Assembly: GCA_965246715.1 (NCBI GenBank)
Contig: CBDFFH010000049.1
Location: 32,001 to 96,000, forward strand
Direction of reading: 5' to 3'
DNA length: 64,000 bases
Source of the DNA: Chamaesiphon sp.
GTDB lineage: Bacteria > Cyanobacteriota > Cyanobacteriia > Cyanobacteriales > Chamaesiphonaceae
In this document: positions 1 to 8,890 of the stretch, piece after piece
How positions within the stretch are numbered: the stretch's first letter is position 1
How the letters are laid out: the number at the start of each line of letters is the position of its first letter
Made by a program: the position numbers and the translations under genes
Notes under the pieces: model-generated
Seen by the model: only the letters and a program-made list of their open reading frames with translations
Told to the model about the DNA's origin: nothing
Database searches by the model: none

Positions 1-348
1 GTTTTATCTGGCTGAAATACTGGCGTATCAGAAAGTACGAAACTGCGATCGCTAGCAAAAGGTAGTTGAGTTGCTTTACTAGAATAAAATAGATTAATTG
101 GTAAACTAAAAATTAAATGCGTCCGCAACTCCCGGAAAATGTTGGCATAAGTTACAAATAAATCTTCGAGTAGCGCCGTGGGAATTCCCGCTCGATCGAA
201 ATCTTCGCCAATAAATAACCACTCCTGGCCCGTCTTTTGCCGCAAGAGGTGATTACGGTCATCCATCAAGCGATTCGCCACTTCAATTAGCGTATCGAGC
301 CGACTGACGCGATGCTCGATGACTTCTTGTTTCCGAGAGTACTCATGG
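1..348 (-). pseudogene. Internal/3' portion of a probable P-loop (AAA-type) ATPase gene, lacking its 5' part and running off the window start
   Basis: Open minus-strand frame EVIEHRVSRLDTLIEVANRLMDD...WLFIGEDFDRAGIPTALLEDLFVTYANIFRELRTHLIFSLP... to base 1, with a Walker-B-like FIGEDFD. An in-frame TAG lies at about 350 and no Walker A is visible. Confidence 0.5.
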
Positions 349-401
349 CACTAAAGCGAATCGGCGAACTCATGTGATGATTCCAACAGTAATCGGTGCG
401 G

Positions 402-1871
402 CTATTTGTTTCCAAAGTTGCAAGCCGTACTAAATTTAAGTGGGCAATTTTTATTGGCGATCGGGTTATCAGCGATCGCTAGTCGTTCTAGCTTAGTTAG
501 TGATGATAAAGCTTGAATATCTTCGATCTGATTGCCTTCTAGATCTAGCGAACTTAACTTAGACAGCGATGATAATGGTTGAATATCTTTAAGCTGATTT
601 TTGTTGAGAGTTAGTCGTTCTAACTTAGTCAATGTTGCTAAATTTTTGATGTCTGCGATCGAGTTTTTACCTAGACTAAGCCGCTCGAGATTATTTAAAA
701 ATGATAACGGCTGAATATTATCAATCTGATTACCTTCTAATGTCAGGTCTATTAATTTACTCAACCGCGATAAAGATCGAATATCTTTAATCTGATTATT
801 TTCTAGATCGAGATAGGTTAGTTTATTCAACGACTCTAGTGGTCTAGCATCTTTGATTTGATTGTTACCTAAAGATAGAAAAGTTAGTTCTCCAAAGGCT
901 GACAAAGATTTAATGTCTACGATCTGATTGCTCGCTAATGACAATGAATTTAGATTATTCTTCATCGATGACAATAGCTGAATGTCTACAATTTTATTGC
1001 CATCTAAGTCTAGAAAATTTAGATTAGTAAGTGCAGCCAAATTTTTAATATCGGTTATTTGATTATTACTAAGTGTCAGAAATGTCAGATTTTTTAGCGA
1101 TGATAGCGGTTGGGTATCTTGAATTTGGTTACTACCTAATGTCAGAGAATTTAATTTTGAAAGCGATGATAAACTCTCGATCTTGGTAATCTGATTGCTG
1201 CCGATCGATAGTGAAGTTAAATTAACAAGAGCTGCTAAAGGTTGGATGTCAGTTATCTGATTGGAACTCAGCGATAAATCTTGGAGTTTTGTCAGAGATG
1301 CTAACAGACCGATATCTTTTACTTCATTGGAATTGAGTGAGAGTAACTCTAGATTAGTTAGTGCTGATAATGGGCGTAGCTCTCGCACCTTGTTATCGAC
1401 TAAGATCAGCGAAGTTAGATTGGTAAGCGGTAGTAGCGATTGAATATCACTAATTTTATTTGAATATAGCGATAGTTCTTTAAGATTGACTAGTGCTGAT
1501 AACGGTCGCAGATCTTCAATTTGATTGGAATTAAGCGAAAGCTTAACAAGTTTAGTTAACGATGATAAAGGTTGAAGATCTTTAATTTTTACGTTGTCTA
1601 GCTCGAGTGTAGTCGCTGCCTGAAGTTGACGATCTGCTGTTTTACAATCAGTGGTTGAGACTTTTTTTAGGATTACTCCGACTGTATATTTAGCATCAGC
1701 ACCGATTTTATTACGATTGCGACACAGCTCGATAAAAGACTTTGCCCGAACTTGGGCGGGAACATTCTTGGCAGCAACGGGCTGAATGTATCCGATCGAA
1801 ATCGCACTTAGCGCGATCGATATTGTTAGAATTAGAAATTTATCGATCCTAATTTTCTCTAGCATATTCAT
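402..1871 (-). CDS. Secreted internalin-like leucine-rich repeat protein
   Basis: N-terminal signal peptide, Cys-containing cap, roughly 17 tandem 22-aa LRRs (LxxLxLxxNQIxDIxPLxxL) and a C-terminal Cys cap. Confidence 0.92.
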   Translation of the reverse strand: MNMLEKIRIDKFLILTISIALSAISIGYIQPVAAKNVPAQVRAKSFIELCRNRNKIGADAKYTVGVILKKVSTTDCKTADRQLQAATTLELDNVKIKDLQPLSSLTKLVKLSLNSNQIEDLRPLSALVNLKELSLYSNKISDIQSLLPLTNLTSLILVDNKVRELRPLSALTNLELLSLNSNEVKDIGLLASLTKLQDLSLSSNQITDIQPLAALVNLTSLSIGSNQITKIESLSSLSKLNSLTLGSNQIQDTQPLSSLKNLTFLTLSNNQITDIKNLAALTNLNFLDLDGNKIVDIQLLSSMKNNLNSLSLASNQIVDIKSLSAFGELTFLSLGNNQIKDARPLESLNKLTYLDLENNQIKDIRSLSRLSKLIDLTLEGNQIDNIQPLSFLNNLERLSLGKNSIADIKNLATLTKLERLTLNKNQLKDIQPLSSLSKLSSLDLEGNQIEDIQALSSLTKLERLAIADNPIANKNCPLKFSTACNFGNK

Positions 1872-2250
1872 GGAATTAGTCTAGATTGGATAGTGTACTC
1901 GATCGGTTTGCTTATCAAATGGCAAACATAATTAGAGCCGATCGGCTACTCTGCGCTATTATCAAAATACCGTAAATCGACGATCGTTAAGGCTCGTCGA
2001 GTAAACTTTACCTATTATTATATTACCTGAGATCGAAGTCGGATATTTTAATCTTTCTAAAATAGTATCTTTTCTTACCAAGTGAGCGATCGGTGTGCTT
2101 CAGGTTATTAAGTTTATGAACAGCCGATCGACATTGAGGAGAGCGCTATCGATCTGTCACATTACTTAAAACTAAATATATAATTTATCCAAGTGAATAA
2201 CTTGAAACTGCTAAGATACAATCAGTCGTATCGAATCGAGTAGTTAATTC

Positions 2251-2727
2251 ATGGCAACATACACTCCTGACGAATTAAGTGCGATTGCCGAAGCTCCTGG
2301 CGCGATCGGGATGGCAGTAGCAATGGCCGATCTGGGGATCGTCTCTACAGCGATCGAAGCTGTCGCTCTGAGCAAAGAAATCGTAGGTGCAGCGAAGAAA
2401 TATCCCAATAACTCGATCGTCCAAGCGGCGTTTTCGGAGACGGCGCTCACTAGCGGTAAGATCGAGCGCCAGAAAATGGATGTCAAAGCCGAAGATGTCG
2501 AGTCTGGCGCGATCGTGACTAAAGCGATTGCAACTGTAGATTTGGCCATCGCCGCGATCGGTACTAAGGCAACACCTGAAGAAGTGACGGAATTCAAACA
2601 GTTTATTTATGCTTGTGCCGCAGCAGTCGCAAATGCTGCTGGTAACGGTTTGTTCGGTTCGGGCAATCCGAAAGTAAGTCCGGGCGAAGCCGCAGCACTC
2701 GCCAAAATTAAAGCTGCATTGGCCTAA
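2251..2727 (+). CDS. Hypothetical Ala-rich protein
   Basis: 158-aa ORF with natural composition and a C-terminal GLFGSGNPKVSPGEAAAL segment. Confidence 0.8.
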   Translation: MATYTPDELSAIAEAPGAIGMAVAMADLGIVSTAIEAVALSKEIVGAAKKYPNNSIVQAAFSETALTSGKIERQKMDVKAEDVESGAIVTKAIATVDLAIAAIGTKATPEEVTEFKQFIYACAAAVANAAGNGLFGSGNPKVSPGEAAALAKIKAALA

Positions 2728-2739
2728 CAAATTAAGATG

Positions 2740-2835
2740 GGCGTTGCTGAATTTAGGGATAATTCCTGAAATCCAAAGTAGGGGCAATTCATGAATTGCC
2801 CCTACTCTGAATTTTGAGAACAAATCAGCAACGCC
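2740..2835. repeat. REP/MITE-like palindromic element
   Basis: Outer inverted repeat GGCGTTGCTGA (2740-2750) / TCAGCAACGCC (2825-2835) encloses the perfect palindrome AGTAGGGGCAATTCATGAATTGCCCCTACT (2777-2806). A related copy lies at 50375-50468. Confidence 0.85.
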
Positions 2836-3085
2836 TTAAGATGCGCTTGTAACAATACCGATCGGCGCACGGGGTGCTGCTCTCGACGATCGTCAAGAGC
2901 GCACACCTCAGCCGAACAGTGCCGCAAAATTGTAAACGTCAGCCGTTTGACGTAAGGCAGATCCATCAACTGGCTGATTTATATAAAGTAGATTTACGAG
3001 TATGATGGGTTACATTAGTTACCCAATAACTACTGCAACTTAGATCGCTATTCACTGGTGGTCTATTTTTTGTTTTTGTCAGTAA

Positions 3086-4366
3086 TTAGCAATCGAGTAG
3101 ACTTGCCACGATCGCCGCTAACTTATTCGCAGCACCCGCTTCACCTCTGACTTGCTGCAATCGCGATCGCATCGCTGCTAATTTTTCTGGATGTTCGAGA
3201 TAGTCGAGTGCAAACTCAGCGACGTTTTTGGCATCCAAATATCCTACTAACTCGGGTACGATTTCTTCGCCGTTCGCCCATAGATTCGGCCATGCGAACT
3301 TCCGGTTTCCCATCATCCGAAACGCAGTAATATTGACGATTTTGGCGATCGGCGTTCCCAGTAGCGGTAAATTAACTAAGATCCCTAATGGCCCATCCCA
3401 AGCGCGCATGGCATCCAATTGTTGCAGTGCAATCAGAACTATCATTGGGACACCCAAGCTACCTAATTCAGCCGTATTTGCCCCAACTGTCGTCAAGCAG
3501 AGGGTGCATTCAGCCAACCAATCATGTTCCGTGCGTAATTCGACTTTTAAACCTTTCGCAGTCAGAAGATAAGAATGCGCTGCTTCCGTCACTAGCGTCG
3601 CAGTTGCACCATTGACTAGCGCGATTACCGGATTGCGAGCGGGATCGGCATAGCTAGCGAGGGTGAGAATATCGATCGTCGGCGCGACAGGAATGATAAA
3701 TTTTAGCTGTGGCTGAGCTGCTTGCAGATATTCCGCAATTGCCAACATTAAGGGTAATCCCATCCCCAGTTTTGCCGCTTTAGAACCAGGTAAAAGTCCG
3801 ATCTGACTTGGTGTATTAGCATTCTCAACTGTTGAATTAAGATCGTCCCGATTGTCGATCGTCAAATCGCCGACTACCGTAAATTTATCGGTATATTGCG
3901 GTTTCACTTTTGCCATGACGCGATCGTTCATTACCGCAAAGCGATCGACTAAACCGTGCCATCGCGCTTCCCATTCGGCATAAACTACCGTCCGATAACC
4001 AAATCTTTTCCCGATTACGACAGGGAAAAACTGATCGCCACCCAAAAAGATAACTACCCCCCGTTCCCGCCAATCCCAATTTTCGGCGGTTTTGCCCCAC
4101 ACCAAAAACTTGGTAAAATGCTCCGCACCCTGCACTCGATCGACTTCTGGATAAGTCTCGACAATCTGCACTTCTCTCCCGCTCGCATTCGGACATGGCG
4201 ATAGTACAACCGAAATCCGCACCCGATCTCGCTCCATGCCTAACTTAGCTCTTAACGCACGAACGACAGGACGCACCCACGTGGTCACTTCGCCGGGGCC
4301 ATTGGATAGGATAATAATATCGATCGGCGCTAGACGATGCGCAGGATTCGGTTGGATGGGGTTCAT
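3086..4366 (-). CDS. Lipid-A-disaccharide synthase-related glycosyltransferase (LpxB-like, cyanobacterial type)
   Basis: Motifs ILSNGPGEVTTWVRP, GLLPGSK, TTVGANTAELG and AWPNLWA...IVPEL. Confidence 0.8.
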   Translation of the reverse strand: MNPIQPNPAHRLAPIDIIILSNGPGEVTTWVRPVVRALRAKLGMERDRVRISVVLSPCPNASGREVQIVETYPEVDRVQGAEHFTKFLVWGKTAENWDWRERGVVIFLGGDQFFPVVIGKRFGYRTVVYAEWEARWHGLVDRFAVMNDRVMAKVKPQYTDKFTVVGDLTIDNRDDLNSTVENANTPSQIGLLPGSKAAKLGMGLPLMLAIAEYLQAAQPQLKFIIPVAPTIDILTLASYADPARNPVIALVNGATATLVTEAAHSYLLTAKGLKVELRTEHDWLAECTLCLTTVGANTAELGSLGVPMIVLIALQQLDAMRAWDGPLGILVNLPLLGTPIAKIVNITAFRMMGNRKFAWPNLWANGEEIVPELVGYLDAKNVAEFALDYLEHPEKLAAMRSRLQQVRGEAGAANKLAAIVASLLDC

Positions 4367-4478
4367 CGTGACTAATTAACTAGATATTCCCAGACGACGA
4401 TTTATCTTAATAGTTTCTGGATCGATCGAGCTGGCAAGCGAACGACTAAAATAAATTCATAGCTTTTCGGTTAAACCT

Positions 4479-4609
4479 ATGACTGCAATATTACTCGCAC
4501 CCCCAGCTGAAATCATTCACTTGACCGGGATTAGCTGGAAAACCTATGAGGCGCTGTCAGCAGAATCGATCGACAGTTACGCATCACTTACAACCGTGGC
4601 AACTTAGAT
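4479..4609 (+). pseudogene. Uma2-family endonuclease N-terminal remnant
   Basis: MTAILLAPPAEIIHLTGISWKTYEAL, then a frameshift near 4566-4573 to RQLRITYNRGNL, after which similarity is lost. Confidence 0.7.
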
Positions 4610-4623
4610 TTCAATTTTGTATG

Positions 4624-4638
4624 GTGGGCACTGCCCAC
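4624..4638. repeat. Short palindrome GTGGGCACTGCCCAC (REP-like)
   Basis: 7-bp arms around a single central base, located where the Uma2 remnant breaks off. Confidence 0.55.
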
Positions 4639-4909
4639 AAACACATAGTCGCTCAAAATTCGATAAGTGTTAAATGTATTCGATCGTTTGTGTATCATTA
4701 TTTGCAATGGAAATGTTTGTTGAAGGTGATATACATCTCGATCGATCGTTGAAGAGATCGATGAAACCAGCACCACTAGCATTAACACCAGTCAAATTAG
4801 CTTTACTAAAGATAGTCTCATCACAAGCAGCAAATTCGAGGTTCCCTAAAAATAGTTTTAATGTTTCTAGTTACCGTGAGTTCGGGTTAAGGATATTTGG
4901 TTCGATCGA

Positions 4910-4965
4910 GTCCTGCCGCCGATTGAAATCGGGGCTAGCACTGCCAAGTCCGCGAAGGCAGGCTC
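4910..4965. repeat. Partial copy of the AGTCCGCGAAGGCGGACT REP-like family
   Basis: CCGATTGAAATCGG hairpin plus AAGTCCGCGAAGGCAGGCT, matching units at 18039-18259 and 35544-35757. Confidence 0.6.
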
Positions 4966-4979
4966 ACGTTACTTATTCC

Positions 4980-5795
4980 TTAAATTTCTTCTGATTGTGG
5001 CAATGGGAAAGTTTCCCCAGCTAAATAAGCATCAAAGTGCTTTTGGAAATACAGCCATGAAGTAACATCGTCCACATCTAACAAAGATGCTGGTGCATTT
5101 TGATATAGCGGCATGCGAGTCTTAATTTCATCCTGAAGCAATTGCGGTAAACCACTCACCCCACTGACTTTCCCGCCATAAGCACTATAAATTAAATTAC
5201 CAGGGAGATTGCCCATTTTCATCCACGGAATCCAAGGGCCGATCCGATCCCAGCATAGTTTCAGTTGAGAAACCGAGATGATTTCTGGATTCAATAATTC
5301 TTGCGTCGGCACGGTAAGTTTAAATAATTCGGCGGCTTGATAAGTGGGATTGGGACTATATGCCGCAAATTTGGGATCGGTTGCGAGCGGATTGGGATAA
5401 GTAGAAAATAGATCGAATACAAACGTGGTGTCGTCTCCATCTACTCGTGCCGGAAACTTGCCCCTAAACATCCCTTGGACGGGGTTATTGGCAACATGCA
5501 TCACCGGGAGGACTTCTCCAGTCCAGGGATTTTGCCATGTCCGCAAAATTTCTCCAGTCTCTGGGTGCAGGTAATAAGTTAATTCTCTGGAAGTAAAATC
5601 CCAGCTCCCCTCTCCCGTCGGAATACACCGACAAACACTCACACCGACCATTTTAAACAGGCGATTTCGCTTTTCCCCTGGAACAAAAGCATAAATCGCA
5701 CCCGTCCAAGTCAGAAAGGTGGATTGGAGAGGATCGAGTGACGATCGAGTCTTGACCCAGTGCTGGGCATCAAAGTCTTGAATTTGAGCTACCAT
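4980..5795 (-). CDS. DUF1838-family protein
   Basis: Likely start is ATG at 5795 (MVAQIQDFDAQHWVKTRSSLD) with an AGGAG RBS at 5806-5810. Family-like motifs SRELTYY, HVANNPV, RIGPWIPWMKMG. Confidence 0.75.
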   Translation of the reverse strand: MVAQIQDFDAQHWVKTRSSLDPLQSTFLTWTGAIYAFVPGEKRNRLFKMVGVSVCRCIPTGEGSWDFTSRELTYYLHPETGEILRTWQNPWTGEVLPVMHVANNPVQGMFRGKFPARVDGDDTTFVFDLFSTYPNPLATDPKFAAYSPNPTYQAAELFKLTVPTQELLNPEIISVSQLKLCWDRIGPWIPWMKMGNLPGNLIYSAYGGKVSGVSGLPQLLQDEIKTRMPLYQNAPASLLDVDDVTSWLYFQKHFDAYLAGETFPLPQSEEI

Positions 5796-5837
5796 CTTAG
5801 TCAGACTCCTAGGGATATAAACAATTTTATTCTTGAT

Positions 5838-5932
5838 GTTGCCCAATCCTGTGATGAAATTGTCGGGCACCCTCTATTTAGGTGGCGTAAACCTCGTAGC
5901 GGTAAGCACGAGGTTTACTCTCAACTCATCAA
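5838..5932 (-). promoter_or_regulatory. Structured 5' leader (candidate cis-regulatory RNA, family unassigned)
   Basis: Three-way junction: UGAUGAGUUG/CAAUUUCAUCA, perfect 11-bp GUAAACCUCGU/ACGAGGUUUAC, and CACC/GGUG. A downstream UUGGGCA can also pair with UGCCCGA. Confidence 0.5.
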
Positions 5933-6046
5933 CGGCTTTTATTTGTTAGTCTAACGTATCGGTTATGCCAACATAACAAGCGATCGAACTACACGAGTGA
6001 ACTAACGATATGAGAACGGCAGACTGTTGGGGCAAATTTAACATTC

Positions 6047-6086
6047 AAAAAGTAAGGGTACTCTAAGGAGTACCCTTACTTTTTTT
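6047..6086. terminator. Intrinsic terminator downstream of metK (potentially bidirectional)
   Basis: AAAAAGTAAGGGTACTC-TAAG-GAGTACCCTTACTTTTTTT. Confidence 0.85.
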
Positions 6087-6160
6087 AGCTGGAGATCGCC
6101 CGATCTCTAGTGAAATTATCGATCGCTAATTTCGGAGCTAGATAACTCCGAGATTTACTT

Positions 6161-7423
6161 CTAACCGACTTTAGCAGCTTGAAACTTCGCAGCAGCAGCT
6201 TTGAGCGTAGCAGCTTTGTCGGTTTGTTCCCAAGGGAGATCCAGATCCGATCGACCAAAATGACCGTAGGCAGCGACATCTTGATAGAACCGACCACCGC
6301 GTTCTGAGGGGAGATTTCGCAAGCCAAAGGTCGCGAGAATCCCTTCCGGACGTAGTTCGAAGTGTTCTTCGATCAGTTCAAAAATTCGATCGTCATCGAT
6401 CGTGCCAGTGCCGAAAGTTTCGACTAAAATACTGACAGGACGCGCTACACCGATCGCATAGCTGAGTTGCACTTCGCATTTTTCAGCCAAGCCCGCAGCG
6501 ACGACATTTTTGGCAACATAACGGCAAGCATACGCCGCCGAACGATCGACCTTAGTGGGATCTTTACCAGAGAAAGCACCACCACCATGACGCGAGTAAC
6601 CGCCATAGGTATCAACGATAATTTTCCGTCCGGTTAAGCCAGCATCACCTTGAGGCCCACCGATGACGAATTTCCCAGTCGGATTGACCAAATATTTGGT
6701 GGTGTCGTCTGGCTTAATCGCTAAATCGGCGAAGACAGGTAAAACTACTGCTTTCCATAGATCGGCTTTGATTTTGGCTTGAACGCCAGCATCATCTGCG
6801 ATCTCACCGATTGCAGCATCGTGTTGAGTCGAGATCAGAATCGTATCGATCCCGACAGGTTTGCCATCTTCATAGGCAACAGTTACTTGAGTCTTGCCAT
6901 CGGGACGCAGATACGGCAATTCGCCCAGCTTCCGCACGGCAGCCAAGCGCAAGGCAACTCTGTGTGCCAAGCTGATCGGTAAAGGCATTAATTCGGGTGT
7001 TTCGTTACAAGCATACCCAAACATAATCCCCTGATCTCCAGCACCAGTCTCGTCAAAGCGATGACTGTTATCATCGTCGCGACATTCTTTAGCTGAATTT
7101 ACACCTTGGGCGATATCCGGTGACTGTTGGTCTAAGGCAATCAGCACCGAAGCGCTATTAGCCGAAAACCCATTATCAGCATCGGTATAACCAATTTCAG
7201 CGATTTTCTTTCTGGCTAAGTCGATATAATTGACAGTAGCCTTGGTCGTGATTTCGCCAGTGATCAGTACGAGTCCGGTATTGACAACAACTTCTGCTGC
7301 CACGCGGCTGTAAGGATCTTGAGCGAGTAGAGCATCCAAAATTGTATCAGAGATCTGATCGCAGATTTTGTCAGGGTGACCTTCGGTCACAGATTCGGAG
7401 GTAAAAAGATATCTACGAGACAA
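6161..7423 (-). CDS. metK: S-adenosylmethionine synthetase
   Basis: [19 protein letters not shown] and [16 protein letters not shown] motifs. TTG start with an AGGAGG RBS. Confidence 0.98.
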   Translation of the reverse strand: MSRRYLFTSESVTEGHPDKICDQISDTILDALLAQDPYSRVAAEVVVNTGLVLITGEITTKATVNYIDLARKKIAEIGYTDADNGFSANSASVLIALDQQSPDIAQGVNSAKECRDDDNSHRFDETGAGDQGIMFGYACNETPELMPLPISLAHRVALRLAAVRKLGELPYLRPDGKTQVTVAYEDGKPVGIDTILISTQHDAAIGEIADDAGVQAKIKADLWKAVVLPVFADLAIKPDDTTKYLVNPTGKFVIGGPQGDAGLTGRKIIVDTYGGYSRHGGGAFSGKDPTKVDRSAAYACRYVAKNVVAAGLAEKCEVQLSYAIGVARPVSILVETFGTGTIDDDRIFELIEEHFELRPEGILATFGLRNLPSERGGRFYQDVAAYGHFGRSDLDLPWEQTDKAATLKAAAAKFQAAKVG

Positions 7424-7584
7424 GGAATAGTCCTCCTGCTGGTACTGGCTAATGTTAGCCTATTATTTGGATAGTGCCCACAAAATTAATTAATTGTAGG
7501 TAGCGCCATTTTTCAATTCGATCTGCAATCACTGAGTTTTGCTACTACCAATTTACACTACAACCGAACGAGGAGAATCAAAAA

Positions 7585-8304
7585 TTGTTGACGCTTGGGG
7601 TAAATATCGACCATGTTGCGACGATTAGACAGGCGCGACGGACTGTAGAACCCGATCCGATCGCGGCAGCGGTATTAGCGGAATTGGCTGGTGCCGACGG
7701 AATTACCGCCCATTTGCGCGAAGATCGGCGGCACATGCAGGATCGAGATATTCGATTATTGCGCGAAACCGTCCGCACTCGATTGAACCTAGAGATGGCA
7801 GCGACGGCGGAGATGGTCGCAATCGCTTTGGAGGTAAAGCCGGATTATGTTACGCTCGTACCGGAACGCCGGGAAGAGGTGACGACTGAGGGGGGACTAA
7901 ATATTGCTGGACAACTCGATCGACTGAAATCAGTAGTCGATAAATTACAATCGGCGGAGATTCCGGTCAGCTTATTTATCGACCCAGATCCAGCCCAAAT
8001 CGACGCTTCAGCACAGGTAAAAGCAAAATTCATCGAGTTACATACGGGACGATATGCCGAAGCTTGTGAGGCCAATCGTGGGGAACGGGAGCTAGCTAAT
8101 TTACAGGATGGCTGCGATCGTGCGTTGGCTGCTGGCTTACGGATTAATGCCGGACACGGACTGACTTATTGGAATGTCTACCCGATCGCGGGTCTGCCTG
8201 GCATGGAAGAATTAAATATCGGCCATAGTATCATCAGTCGAGCGGTGCTCGTGGGAATCGATCGAGCCATTCGTGAGATGAAAGCCGCGATGAAAGGCAA
8301 TTGA
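7585..8304 (+). CDS. pdxJ: Pyridoxine 5'-phosphate synthase
   Basis: [33 protein letters not shown] and ELNIGHSI motifs. Confidence 0.98.
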   Translation: MLTLGVNIDHVATIRQARRTVEPDPIAAAVLAELAGADGITAHLREDRRHMQDRDIRLLRETVRTRLNLEMAATAEMVAIALEVKPDYVTLVPERREEVTTEGGLNIAGQLDRLKSVVDKLQSAEIPVSLFIDPDPAQIDASAQVKAKFIELHTGRYAEACEANRGERELANLQDGCDRALAAGLRINAGHGLTYWNVYPIAGLPGMEELNIGHSIISRAVLVGIDRAIREMKAAMKGN

Positions 8305-8388
8305 TTTTGGATTTTGGATTTTGGATTTTGGATTGGCAGTTCCTAGCCACTAGCCACTAGCCACTATCCACTAGCCACTAGCCACTAT
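8303..8388 (+). repeat. Short tandemly repeated heptamers (STRR)
   Basis: (GATTTTG)x4 followed by about 6 copies of CTAGCCA/CTATCCA. Similar heptamers occur at 26841-26867 (AAAATCC) and 42055-42071. Confidence 0.9.
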
Positions 8389-8414
8389 CTCCTATTCTCT
8401 ATTCCCTAAACAAC

Positions 8415-8741
8415 ATGCAAACCTACTACTACATCGCTGCCAGTTATAAATTTTTACGTGAAGAAGAAGCTCTCGATGAAGTGCTGAGCGAACGGGTGCG
8501 AAATTATCACGAAAATCAGAAAGAAATCGACTTTTGGTTTATCGATCGACCTGCGTTCTTAGATGCGCCCGAATTAGCTAGCGTCAAGTCAAAAATTCCT
8601 CAACCTGCAAGTGCGATTATTTCAACAAATAAACAGTTTGTCACTTGGTTGAAGCTGCGATTAGAGTTTGTTACAACGGGTGAATTTCAGGCACCATCGG
8701 CGACTATTTCCGATCCGATCGCTTCTTTGGCTAATGTTTGA
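8415..8741 (+). CDS. ycf54: Mg-protoporphyrin IX monomethyl ester cyclase auxiliary protein Ycf54
   Basis: MQTYYY.AS.KFL.EEE.L.EVL.ER, IDFW, PAFL and WLKLRLEFV motifs. Confidence 0.93.
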   Translation: MQTYYYIAASYKFLREEEALDEVLSERVRNYHENQKEIDFWFIDRPAFLDAPELASVKSKIPQPASAIISTNKQFVTWLKLRLEFVTTGEFQAPSATISDPIASLANV

Positions 8742-8890
8742 TAGTTGGTGGATAAACTAGATAGTTTGATTTTAGAGTGGTCGATGATCGCTCTAAATTT
8801 TTAGTAGGAAAAATCTAGCTAAGTTTCTAGAAATAGATTTTAATTGTTGTGAGTTCAGCTGATGTTTGCACAAACCAAGATTGCTTAAAG

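Noticed and set aside
5796..5870. N-terminal extension of the DUF1838 ORF
   Set aside because: The RBS supports ATG 5795, and the extension overlaps the structured leader.
7424..7584. SAM riboswitch upstream of metK
   Set aside because: No SAM-I, II or III consensus is recognisable in this short divergent promoter region.
8303..8388. Possible CRISPR array
   Set aside because: These are heptamer tandem repeats without spacers. No repeat-spacer array or cas gene is seen anywhere in the window.
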